Source: Octopus vulgaris | Taxonomy: Eukaryota | Direction of reading: 5' to 3' | DNA: 64,000 nucleotides | NCBI GenBank assembly: GCA_951406725.2 | Contig: OX597821.1 | Coordinates: 64,728,001 to 64,792,000 of the forward strand | Shown here: piece after piece, positions 13,600 to 26,180 of the stretch | How the letters are laid out: each line of letters starts with the position of its first letter | Position numbering within the stretch: the first letter of the stretch is position 1 | The notes under the pieces: generated by a model | What the model saw: only the letters and a program-made list of their open reading frames with translations | Told to the model about the DNA's origin: nothing | Database searches by the model: none | Position numbers and translations under genes: made by a program

Positions 13600-14530
13600 T
13601 TCTTATTGCAGCAATTCATATACTTATTTATCGAGCAATTTTGCTATTCAACTTCAAAAAAGGACGTAAAGCAGCTGAAACTTCTCGCAATATCAATGAA
13701 ATGTTTGATGACGAAATAACCACTAAGTGGTCAGCTGGAAAATTATTTAAACGATTTCGCAGTGGAGACCTGAGCCTTGAAGTTCGTGAGCGTAGCGGAC
13801 ACCCATGTATCATCGATGACGTTCAATTAAAGACCGTCATTGAGAAAGATACACGTCAGACCACTCGATATCTGGCAAGAGGACTTCATGTTAGCCAGAA
13901 AACTGGGAAAAGGGGATTCTGTACAATCATAAAAACATTCTTCGGAGTCGTTTGATCATAATGGAGCACAGAAAACCTTCCCTTCGGAGCTCTTCAAAAC
14001 AATGGTTATAGTGACTGGTTGATGGTGTATTGTTGGACTCATCCCCTATAACTTCTTAAAACTAGGAAAATCCAATACTGGAGAAACATATTGCTATGAA
14101 ATTGACAAAATGAACGAAAAACTCCTACTCCTGCGTCCCAGAAGAAGGCCAATCATTCTTCATGACATTGCTCGACCAAACGTTTCACTAATGACGCTCC
14201 GGAATTCGAGAGAAGTTGGCACCGGAGTTCTTCCTTATTCAGCTTATTCCCCAGATCTTTCTCCTACCGTCTACCACTTCTTCAAACACTTGATAGTTTC
14301 CTGCGGGAGAAGGAGTTCAAAAATCAAACCGATGCTGAAAGTGCGTTCAAAGAGTTGATCAGCTCCAGAACTAAATATTTCTGTCACCGGAATAAAGAAA
14401 CTTGTAACTCGTTGATTAATGTGATGATTGTAATTATACTTACTTTCATGCATAAAATTTTCACATTGTTGAAATATAGTGATGAATTTCACGTTTCAAA
14501 ACGTTACTTACTTTTTACTCAGCGTGATAT
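13600..14530 (+). pseudogene. Decayed mariner transposase
   Basis: N-terminal FKKGRKAAETSRNINEMF..FKRFRSGDLSLE..RSGHP; catalytic region LHDIARP..PYSAYSPDLSPTVYHFFKHL; frameshifts and a deletion. Confidence 0.9.
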
Positions 14531-14583
14531 ATATATCAGTATTTGCAAAGGGAAGCCATCCTTCCCGTCTTCAACTTATGATA

Positions 14584-14628
14584 CACACGGACCCGAGTTT
14601 CAAGGTATTGACCTATCATCAGCGTGTG
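14584..14628 (-). ncRNA. Minimal type I hammerhead ribozyme
   Basis: Minus strand CACACG CTGATGA T-AGGT CAAT ACCT-T GAAA CTCGG GTC CGTGTG: 6-bp stem I, GUC triplet. Confidence 0.8.
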
Positions 14629-15662
14629 ACAATCACAGTTGTCGATAGGAAGGAGGTTCTCTCTACAAATACATATACTTTTTCCAGTGTTCAGTGACAC
14701 TGATATTGAAAAAGTGAAATCAAACAATGATAATATACATATATACATACAAACATATATATATATATATATATGTATATAAGCGATTGACTTTCTCCAG
14801 TTTCCATCTGCCACATCTACTCACAGGGCATTGCTCGCCACGTAGCTATAGTAGGACAAACCGAAACTATGCGTTTGGGAAACAAGTTTCTTATAAGGAT
14901 ATATATTACTGAGAGATAAGAACAGAACAAAGATGTGGACATACAATACTCATCTCTAGGTGATTGATCCCTCTAAATCTACTCTATATATGTGCCTACT
15001 TGCAACAACTACCTATAATATATTGAAATGCATTCTGCAATAAAATATTTCTTTGAAATGAACCTGAAGGATCTATGAGAAGTGGCACTTGTTGTATTTT
15101 AACAAAAATACTGTGAAGAAAATACCTCAGAGTAAGATTCAGTTTACTAAGGACAATTAGGGTATGTCTCATTGTGTTATACAGCAAATCGTAATATTTA
15201 AATTGTTCCGAATTTTCCATTGCAATTAGAAGAGAAAAAATCTTTCTCGAATCCCATATTCAGGTTCGCTAGAGCTTTCGAGTATCTGATGAAAATTCCA
15301 GACGCCTAGACCTTCCTGACATTTAAACGTACACAGAAATTTCTAAATAATAAATGAATGACAACATATAGACGCCATCCCAGTTTTATCAATGATATTA
15401 TAAGAAGAGTGCAATCCATAGAAGGCAGCCGAGGCTAAAAGTGCTGCAGTCATTTAGAGCAGACGATACAGGATAAGATGTTAAGAGTTTCCAGAAATAC
15501 ACCAACATATTTGAAGAGACCCTATAAATTATCTAAAATTGATCGATGGTATCTCACAGAAATATTTCTATTTTTACATCACACACTACCACTTTATTTT
15601 TCTCTTTCATGCGTGTGTACGTGTACGTATACACATATACACACATATGCATTTTCACACAC

Positions 15663-15743
<81 letters not shown>

Positions 15744-15952
15744 TGATAGATAGATACAAGCACACTCACACACACACACATGTTCATTTAAACATGCATG
15801 CATAGATACATACATACGTACGTACATACATTCGTACATACATTATAATGGAATAATTACTATGAAGTATTATAAAGAGCATATTGTATAAAGGATCGTG
15901 ATTTACCTTGCATTTACTTCGCATTGTTCTGCCCTTACCCACGATCCTTTAT

Positions 15953-16016
<64 letters not shown>

Positions 16017-16120
16017 ATGTCATGTTTTGTATTAAATAATAATCAACTAATGTTGGTCAATTTGTTAGTTTGTTGATCAAAAAGTTTTCTCCAGTTTATG
16101 ATTACATATATATATATATA

Positions 16121-16352
16121 TACCGGAGTAAACACATAAATGTGAAACAAGGTGGAAAAAAGAGTACTCAAATACCAGTGGTAGAGTAATATGTTTTATT
16201 TAAAGCAGCAGAAAATTCAACAAAACCTGTTACTCTGAGTTTCGCGTTGCCGTTCGTCGGACAGTTTTTTTCTAGCAAAAACTTTCCGTCAAACGGCAAC
16301 GTGAAACTCAGAGTAACAGGTTTTGTTGAATTTCCTGCTGCTTTAAATAAAG
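16121..16352. mobile_element. Palindromic PLE-type element with a hammerhead in each arm; best copy 16227-16264 minus
   Basis: About 70-bp inverted arms; minus strand CTGT CCGACGA ACG GCAA CGC GAAA CTCAGAG TA ACAG; flanked by (TA)n. Confidence 0.8.
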
Positions 16353-16377
16353 TATATATATATATATATATATATAT

Positions 16378-18058
16378 AATCAGAAACTGGAGAAAACTTT
16401 TTATCAACAAACTAACAAATTGACCAACATTAGTTGATTACTATTTAATATAAAACATGACATAACATTTCTTATGGCCGTTTCCACTTCCAAATTTAGT
16501 CGATGCTTACAAAAGAAATTCCGAAAATAATATTCGTCATCTACATTGAACATTCGATCTAGTACATGGAGCTTCGTCAGAGTGAATACAAATCCATAAG
16601 ATAAAATAAACGAAGAGAAGAGGGAAGAGGAAAGAGCAGGGCTTCAAGATGAGGCCAGAAGGCTCAATGTATTAAAATCATACCATCTTGCAGTTTGGGG
16701 CTTGACATCAAAAGGCAAAGGAGTGAACTAGCAGTGATCTAGGGAAATTATTATGGATTATGTCTAAATACGAGGAACTAGGGCGAATAAATAGTAATGA
16801 AATGAAGCTAGAATGGAATAAGACGCGAAGTACCAATATGTCTAGAAAAAGAATAGTACTTATGATAACGTAAATAGCGCTAATTAATACTTGTCCAAAA
16901 GCAAAAACCGTAGAGTCCTTATAATTGTGTACTTACTGAAATATTCTAGAAATTATCACCTGTTGTCCGTAATAGAATTCACCAAAGTCCATCTACACTT
17001 GGTCAATTATGTTTAAACCAAGGGCAAATTTAAGACCGTTTTAACTTTAACCTTCGTTTAAATACATTATAAACAGGTGGTATTTTCTAGAATATTTCAG
17101 TAAGTACACCTTAAAGGAACTCTACGGGTTTTTTTTTGTTGTTTTTGGATAAGTATTACTTAGTCCTACGTACGATATCATAAGTTCTATACTTTTTCTA
17201 CACATAGGCGGTGCTCCAGCATTGCCGCAGTCAAATGACTGAAACAAGTAAAAGAGTAAAAGAGTAAAAGAGTAATATTGGTAATCCCTGTCTTATTTCA
17301 GTACTAGCTTCCTTCCATTACTATTGACACGCCCTGGTTCCCCGTATTTAGAAATGATCCATAATAATTTCCCTAGATCACTGCTAGTTCACTCCTTTGC
17401 CTATCGACGTCAAGCCTCAAACGGCAAGATGGTATGATTTTCAGATATTGAGCCTTCTGGCCTCATCTGGAGGCCCTGCTCTTTCCTCTTCCCTTCGTTT
17501 ATTTTATTTTATGAATTTGTATCCACTCTGACGAAGCTGCATGTACTAGATCGAATGTGCTATGTAGATGACGAATATTTTTTCCAAATTTTTTTCGTAA
17601 GCACCGACTAATAATTATTTCTTTATGACCCACAGGAGGCTAAACATAGAGGGGACAAACAAGGACAGACAAGGGGATTAAGTCGATTACATCGTCCCCC
17701 AGTGATTAACTGGTACTTATTAAATCGACCTCGGCGGAATTTGAACTCAGAACATAACAGCAGACGAAAATTGAAAGCGGAAATGGCCGTAAGAAATGTT
17801 ATGTCCTGTCTTGTATTAATTAATAATCAAACGATGTTGGTCAATTTGATGTTTGTTGATAAAAAGTTATCTCCATTTTCTGAATATTTAAATTTGATTC
17901 CTGATAAACTTTTGATTATTCTGTTGTTTCCTATGCTCTATGAGCATAGTGTGCCTGCATACTACTGCCCAGTGATAGCATAGGTAATTGATACCGTTAG
18001 TAAGAATGGATACTATTATCCCTTAGACGGTTAATATAACCGCTAACTCTACTTTGAT
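16378..18058 (+). mobile_element. Approximately 1.5-kb foldback element with unique 3' tail and two SINE insertions in the right arm
   Basis: Left arm about 16378-16965 pairs with right arm about 17070-17890; SINE A tail at about 17207-17274 and SINE B (minus) at about 17615-17770 occur in one arm only. Confidence 0.85.
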
Positions 18059-18071
18059 ATATATATATATT

Positions 18072-18410
18072 ATTGATCAAAATAAGCAACAGGATATCCA
18101 GAGGTAATGCAGTACCTTTGAATTGAACAATGCAACCATTACATCAATTTAAATGTAGAGCAATCCTCAGCTGCGTAAATACATAGAATTAAATTAAAAC
18201 AGATGGACACATTAGTATAATGTTTCCTAAAACCACCGAGAAGGTAAGGTTGTACTGTTCAATTAAATTGAGCCGATTGAAACGATCGTAGTGCATTACC
18301 TCTGGATATCCTATTGCTTATTTCAATTTTAACCACCTTTGAAAGTGTATGAATAATGCCGTACTAAATTCGGTGCCTCAACTTAAGTACCTAATTCTTC
18401 TGAATCCATC
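18072..18410. mobile_element. Palindromic element with split hammerhead relics
   Basis: AAATAAGCAACAGGATATCCAGAGGTAATGCA is inverted at about 18292-18323; GAAACGATCGTAGTG on plus, GCAG CTGAGGA..GTA CTGC on minus. Confidence 0.7.
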
Positions 18411-18436
18411 TATCTATCTATGTCTCTCTCTCTCTC

Positions 18437-18474
<38 letters not shown>

Positions 18475-18538
18475 TACATACATACATACACACACACATA
18501 CATACATACATACATATATACATACATACCTACATACA

Positions 18539-18598
<60 letters not shown>

Positions 18599-18622
18599 TA
18601 TATGAATGTATATATATATACT

Positions 18623-19008
18623 ATTTTACTCTTTTACTTGTTTCAGTCATTTTGACTGGGGCCATGCTGGAGCACCGCCTTTTAGTCGAGCAAATCGACC
18701 TCGGGACTTATTCTTTGTAAGCCTAGTACTTATTCTATCGGTCACTTTTGCCGATCCGCTAAGTGAAGGGGACGTAAACACACCAGCATCGGTTGTCAAG
18801 CAATGCTAGGGGGACAAACACAGACACACAAACACACACACACATATATATACATATATACGACAGGCTTCTTTCAGTTTCCGTCTACCAAATCCACTCA
18901 CAAGGCATTGGTCACAAGACACTTGCCCAAGATACCACGCAGTGGGACTGAACCCGGAACCATGTGGTTGGTTAGCAAGCTACTTACCACACAGCCACTC
19001 CTGCGCCT
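18623..19008 (-). mobile_element. SINE family A
   Basis: Homology to other copies; small internal deletion. Confidence 0.9.
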
Positions 19009-19769
19009 GTATATATATATATAAATGTATATATGCTGCCTTAATTTTCCATTAACTAAATTCACTCACAAGACTGATAGGTCCATACTTACAAGGTGTC
19101 ATACAAAATGAACTGAACGTGGTACAATGTGGTTGAGAGGCAACCGTCTTAACACACAGCCATGATTATATGTGCGTATATGCATGTAAATATAGAATCT
19201 ATAAACATATATCTAAGTTTGTGTGTGAGTCTGTATGTGTGACCGTGTGTATGCGCGCACCCGCACGTGCCCAGCAGTGCACCTGTGCATGCATTTGTGT
19301 GTGTGTGCTCGGGTATTTATGTGTGTTTGAATATATAAATTCAGAAATGCGCAGGATTAGCTGATTAGTTTAAAACTTCGCTTCGTATTCATGAAGTCCA
19401 ACTTTCAATCCCACAGCGCAGTAAGTAGAACAACTCTTTCTAAGAGTTTAAACAAGAAAATCGGTTTGTCGCATACTTCCCTGAAGTATGTTGGGTAGAT
19501 ACGGGTGCCTGTCCGATGGATAGAACACGTGACTCGAAAATCTACCTATGTCCCTCATAATCATACATCACTTATAAATTTTCATTCAAGTATACAAATG
19601 TCTGAAGAAATCTCCGTCACCTACTCTAAAGTACAGAATGTTGATATTTCTGTTGATCGATAAACGGACAAAGTGAAATTATGTTTAATCCTTTAAAAAA
19701 ATCTTTCAAAAATCTTTTCCAAAATTTTGATGAAAATTTTCAGAAAAATTTTCAAAAATTTTTTTTGAT

Positions 19770-20316
19770 AATTGCCGGAGTTTGCCGGAGATTGCCGGAG
19801 ACATCTGGAGATTGCCAGAGTTTTCCGGAGATTGCCGAAGTTTGCTGGAGATTGCCGGAGATTACCGGAGTTTGCCGGAGATTGCCGGAGATTGCCGGAG
19901 TTTACCGAAGATTGCCGGAGATAGCCGGAGATAGCGGGAGATAGCGGGAGATAGCCGGAGATTGGCGGAGTAGCATTTTGGGAGATTTCCCAATAATGCT
20001 GTGTGTTAAAACACCTGGAACAGAGTGAGATAGAGAGAGATAGGTGTAAATAGAGTGAGATAGGCAGAGCTAGGCATAGATAGAGTGAGATAGGCGTAGA
20101 TAGAGTGAGATAGGCGAGATAAGCAGAGATAGAGTGAGAGAGGCGGAGATAGAGTGAGATTGGTAGAGTTTGCCGGAGATTGCCCGAGTTTGCCGTAGAT
20201 TGCCGGAGTTTGCCGGAGATTGCCGGAGATTGCAGGAGTTTGCCGGAGATTGCCGGAGATTACGGGAGATTGCAAGAGATTGCCGGAGATAGCCGAAGAT
20301 TGCTGGAAATTGGCGG
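19770..20316 (+). repeat. GC-rich minisatellite: 10-bp (A/T)TTGCCGGAG arrays flanking a roughly 20-bp AGATAGAGTGAGATAGGC array
   Basis: Direct periodicity. Confidence 0.9.
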
Positions 20317-20857
20317 CAAAAAACTTTTCAAAATTTGAAAATTGAGTTTTAGTTTTTCCTTCTTCGGCCGTTTCATCTTTTGTTTTTCTTTTAGTTTTTC
20401 CTCATTTTACTTCTTTTTTGACTCTTTCATCTCCATGGTTTTGGCTTTTGGTGCTGGTAGGGGCACTTGCACTTGGGTTTACTTCCCGGGCAGGTTTCTC
20501 ACTTGAATCTTCTTTGTTGTACTGGGTGTCTACCAAGTGGGGGTGACATCTTTCATCAGCAGCCGTGCCTCCATCCTTGCCATCTTTACTTTGTTCGGTG
20601 ACAAAGATGTCATCAAGCGTACCGATGTGGGAACTTATGAGTGCATAGGAGCGTATAAACTCCTGCTTATTTCGCTCTATCTGAGCTAACGACCTTGTGT
20701 ATCCACTGCTCTTCAGTGCAGCTGTTATTATGTTGCTCGGATTATCTCCGTCGGCGCATTGCAGGTTCTCAGGAAAAACGCAAAATCCATGCTCCCCAGG
20801 TTCTGGACATTTTTGGATATTTTATTTATTTATCTATTTAATTATATTTAAAATTTA

Positions 20858-20890
<33 letters not shown>

Positions 20891-20944
20891 TATATGTATA
20901 TATATATACATATATATATATACATATATATACATATATATATG

Positions 20945-20980
<36 letters not shown>

Positions 20981-21025
20981 CATATATACATATATATATA
21001 TGTACATGTATATATATACATATAT

Positions 21026-21111
<86 letters not shown>

Positions 21112-21129
21112 TTTTCTTTTCTTCTTTTT

Positions 21130-21340
21130 CTTTTTCGTTTACATGTTTCAGTCAGTTGACTGCAGCCATGCTGGAGCACCGCCTTTAGTCGAGCAACTCA
21201 ACCCCGGGACTTATTCTTTGTAAGCCCAGTACTTTTTCTATCGGTCTCTTTTGCCGAACCGCTAAGTAACGGCGACATAAACACACCACCATCGGTTGTC
21301 AAGCAATGCTAGAGGGACAAACACAGACACACAAACATAC

Positions 21341-21396
<56 letters not shown>

Positions 21397-21498
21397 TCAT
21401 ATATACCACAGGCTTCTTTCAGTTTCCGTCTACCAAATCCACTGACAAGGCTTTGGTCGGCCCGAGGCTATAGTAGAAGACACTTGCCCAAGGTGCCA
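21130..21498 (-). mobile_element. SINE family A lacking its tRNA head
   Basis: Homology stops at AAGGTGCCA (21498), where the PLE begins. Confidence 0.9.
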
Positions 21499-21502
21499 TT
21501 CC

Positions 21503-21781
21503 CTATACATCGGACAAACGGGACGCCGCTTGGCTGACCGGTTCGCGGAACACCTCCGAGACTTTCGCCTTGCCAATGACACACCGTTTTCACGCCATTT
21601 CCTCTCCACCGGTCACTCCTTGCAACACCTGTTTTTCTTCGGATTGTCCTTGGACAGAGGCCATCCGGATTACCCCTTGCGCCGTGAACACGGATTAATC
21701 TTCTCTCTTCGCTCTTTTAGGCCATTTGGTCTCAACTCTCCCCCCCCCCCATTTCATGTATTCCCCCTTTTTTTCATCTAA
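21503..21781 (+). pseudogene. PLE GIY-YIG endonuclease, C-terminal half
   Basis: LYIGQTGRRLADRFAEHLRD..FSRHF..GH..REHGLIFSLRSFRPFGLN. Confidence 0.9.
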
Positions 21782-22589
21782 CCTCCCCCCGACTCCTACT
21801 TCTATTTAGTCCTTCATCTTTTCACCCTACTCTCTTTCATTCATCTTCCCTTCTTTCCCTTCTTCCCTCTTCTTTCTTTTTTCTTCTTCCCTCTTCCCCT
21901 TCTCTCTTTCTCTCTGCTCCCTCCCTCCCCTTCTCTCTCCTCCCCCTCCCCCTCTACCCTACCCTCCTCATCTCCCCTCCTTCTCCTCTACTTCCTTGTC
22001 CTCTCCCCCCTCATCTCCTCTCTCCTCTCCCCCTCTCCCCCTCCTCTCTTTTCTCTCCCCCTCTCACTCTCCCCACGACCCCCACTTTACCCCAACCCAC
22101 ACCCCACATGAGTTTCCCCACCTCCCCACAACATCACACTACACTACACCATACGACATTACACATCACATCACAACACACCACCCACAGCACACCGCCC
22201 ACATTACACATCACATCACAACACACCATCCACAACACACCACCCTATACCCATCCCCACATCTTTACACCTACACATACATACACATATCATATCACAA
22301 CACACCAACCACACACCCATCCTCATATCTCCACACCCACACATACATACACAAGTCCAGACCACCAGCCCTCTTTCACACGCACATACATACTCTCTTA
22401 TATACACACGCACCTTCATGTTGGGGTGAAATCACTTGACCCTGTTATCTCCCCTACTATCCCTCTAGCATCTAACGTCTGACCTCTGACCTCTGACTTC
22501 TGCCTGAAACCAGAACGCCATGATGGACCGTTAGCTCCTACACGCATTTTTTTCTCTCCTTGTTTCTCCCCTTGTTTCTTTTCTGTGTA

Positions 22590-22627
22590 TCTTTCTGTCG
22601 AAGAGCGTAGGCTCGAAACGTAAAAGA
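22590..22627 (+). ncRNA. Minimal type I hammerhead, A6U core variant
   Basis: TCTTT CTGTCGA A GAGC GTAG GCTC GAAAC GTA AAAGA: 5-bp stem I, 4-bp stem II, palindromic ACGT stem III. Confidence 0.7.
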
Positions 22628-22723
22628 CTTGTTTTATTTCTATTCCTGAGCGCCATACTAATACAATTGTTCGTTTGTACTCCACCTGCCTTCGTCTTTT
22701 GTATATTTTCGTAAACCTTCCCG

Positions 22724-22771
<48 letters not shown>

Positions 22772-22982
22772 ATACATATATGTATATATATAAATATGTT
22801 TATATATATACGTATATATACATGTGTGTGTGTATATATATATTCAAACAAATGCATGCCTATATGTGTATATATATGTACATGTATATGAAAGTGTGCG
22901 AGTAGAAAGAAAGAAAGATAGAAAGAAGAAAGGAAGATTAATAGATACATGAATTGATAGATACACACATACACGCACATAT

Positions 22983-23044
<62 letters not shown>

Positions 23045-23458
23045 GTGTATATGTGCGTGTATGTGTGTATCTATCAATTCATGTATCTATTAATCTTCCT
23101 TTCTGATATATATATATATATATCAGTATATACATGTATATATTTAAATGTGACTGTGCGTACATATGAATATATAGATACATAATGAAACATACATCTA
23201 CATAAGTATTTGAGCGCGTCTCTGTGTACCTGAACTTGCCCGGCTATTTCAATTAGCGACAACACTTTCAGTTATTCACAAACACACACTCACACTTACT
23301 CACACATCTACACACACACACACATAAATATAATTATAGATACATATTTAAATATATGTATATACTCTCAATAATGTGTGTTTGTGTGTATGTGTGTTTA
23401 TATGTACATGTATATATACATATCTATATATATGTATATATAACTATACACATGTATA

Positions 23459-23494
<36 letters not shown>

Positions 23495-23605
23495 CATACG
23501 TATATATATACATATATATATGTATATACATATATATACAGATATGTATATCTATTTATCTATACATATGTATATATATATATATATATACACATATATT
23601 TACAC

Positions 23606-23660
<55 letters not shown>

Positions 23661-24270
23661 CATACATACATACATACATACATACATGCATACATACATA
23701 CATACATACGTACGTACATACATAGATACGTACACACTCAGTCAGACTAGTGAACTTATACGCGTATAATGATATACTGAATTCCAAAGATACTCTACGA
23801 TAAGATCAATGAAGATTGGCACCGAAGGAAAAAAAATGCAAAAAAGCGAAATATTACTGTCGGTATGTGCCAAAATCTCTGTGATCTTGAGGCGGCATCT
23901 GCTGATGGGAGGGTAAAACCTAACGTAAGCTGTACGTAGATTGTTAGATGTAAACAAATCCTTCTGCAAGAGCGTTCATAAGTATGCAAAATCATGCAAA
24001 TACATAGAAAGAGAGAGATACTCATTCATAAACGAATACGTAGACACGGAGATAATAAAGTGACATCGGTACTCATATGCCGACAGACTGTTGTTTACAC
24101 GCGCACTCACAGACAGACAAGATATTGTATGGCCAGAATGTTTGTTGATTGCAATCGTGTTTTTTGTTCTCTTTTTTTTAACGATACCTTATCTAATTAA
24201 TAAGTAAATATACAGAAATACACACGCACGCAGCACGCACACTCACAAACACACACACACACACACAACA

Positions 24271-24312
<42 letters not shown>

Positions 24313-24493
24313 AACACGTATATATATACATACATGCCTATATACACATATGACACATATGTAAATATATATTTATTTGTATAAATATATATATATATAT
24401 GTACAGAGTGAGAGAGAAAGACATACATATGTGTGCGTGTATATATATATATATATGTTTGTGGTTGTGTGTGTTTGTGTCTGTGTGTGTATT

Positions 24494-24527
<34 letters not shown>

Positions 24528-24529
24528 AT

Positions 24530-24698
24530 AGGCGCAGGAGTGGCTGTGTGGTAAGTAGCTTGTTACTAGCCACATGGTTCTGGGTTCAGTCCCACTGCGT
24601 AGCACCTTGGGCAAGTGTCTTCTACTATAGCCTCGGGCCGACCAAAGCCTTGTGAGTGAATTTGGTAGGCGGAAACTGAAAGAAGCCCGTCGTATATA

Positions 24699-24743
<45 letters not shown>

Positions 24744-24966
24744 ACGTGTGTGTGTTTGTGTGTCTGTGTTTGTCCCCCTAGCATTGCTTGACAACCGATG
24801 CTGGTGTGTTTGTGTCCCCGTTACTTAGCGGGTCGGCAAAAAGAGACCGATAGAATAAGTACTGAGCTTACAAAAGAATAAGTCCCGGGGTCGAGTTGCT
24901 CGACTAAAGGCGGTGCTCCAGCATGGCCGCAGTCAAATGACTGAAACGAGTAAAAGAGATAAAAGA
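24530..24966 (+). mobile_element. SINE family A, full length
   Basis: Head, body and tail all present. Confidence 0.92.
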
Positions 24967-25243
24967 TATATATATATATAAATTTTGTGCCAAAACTGGT
25001 TTCAGCCGACCGAAAGAACACTCGGGTTTCAGTTGCATCACTAGTTGGTGATTAACACACGCTGAGAACGGGTAACCACTCAGAAACACGAGTCTGTGAA
25101 TATCAAGTACGGCTAGATTATGTAAGCGATGAACTCCCATCTCAAATACAGAATGTGTGTCGTTAGCCAGCTGAAAGACATGTCTTCCTGGGGCTAGAAA
25201 CGTCAGTAGCACTGTCCTGTACTGGACGTTACACTTGGTTAAC

Positions 25244-25316
<73 letters not shown>

Positions 25317-25328
25317 CATACATGTGAT

Positions 25329-25613
25329 GGAGGCGGAATGGCCCAGTGGTTATGGCAGCAGTCGGTGGATCGCGGTTTCGATTTCCAGACCAGGCGTTGT
25401 GTGTGGTTATTGAGCGAAAACACCCAAAGCTCCAAGAGGCTCAGGCAAAGGGTGGTGGTGACCACTGTTGTACTTTTTCGCCACAACTTTCTCTCACTCT
25501 TTCGTCCTGTTTCTTGGGTAACGCTGCGATGGACTGGCGTCCCATCCAATTGTGGGGAACACATACGCCACAGAAACGAGAAACCTGAAACTGGCTAGGC
25601 TTGAAAAGGGCGC

Positions 25614-25618
<5 letters not shown>
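25329..25618 (+). mobile_element. SINE family C, tail type 2
   Basis: Head shared with 34019; tail GCTGCGATGGACTGGCGTCCCATCC..CCACAGAAAC. Confidence 0.8.
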
Positions 25619-25653
<35 letters not shown>

Positions 25654-25833
25654 TTCGTATACTTATGCATAAATGTACTCTTGCGGGAGCTACGCACGCA
25701 AATATGTAGATATATGAGTGTGCGTATAGTTTTCTGCAGTATGGTTGTATATGTGACTATTTAGAAGTAGAAGTATGCGTGTGCCTGGATTAGACATGAA
25801 GAGTTTGTACGTGTATATGTATGTATATGTACA

Positions 25834-25906
<73 letters not shown>

Positions 25907-25966
25907 GACTATATATGTGTGTATGTGTCTGTGTCTGTATGTATGTATATATATGTATTATGTATG

Positions 25967-26005
<39 letters not shown>

Positions 26006-26117
26006 TAGGTATGTATGTATATATATATATATAAATCTATATATATATGTATTATGTATGTATGTATATATATATGTATTAGGTATGTATGTATATATAT
26101 ATGTGTGTGTGTATGCA

Positions 26118-26180
<63 letters not shown>

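Larger units (their letters stand above)
21499..22725 (+). mobile_element. 5'-truncated Penelope-like element P1: GIY-YIG end, CT/CA low-complexity spacer, pseudo-LTR with hammerhead
   Basis: Endonuclease ORF end, HHR at 22590-22627, 3' end runs into (TA)n. Confidence 0.88.

Noticed and set aside
23780-23940. Short open frame IPKILYDKINEDWHRRKK as a possible host exon
   Set aside because: No convincing splice sites; at most a faint RTE C-terminal relic.
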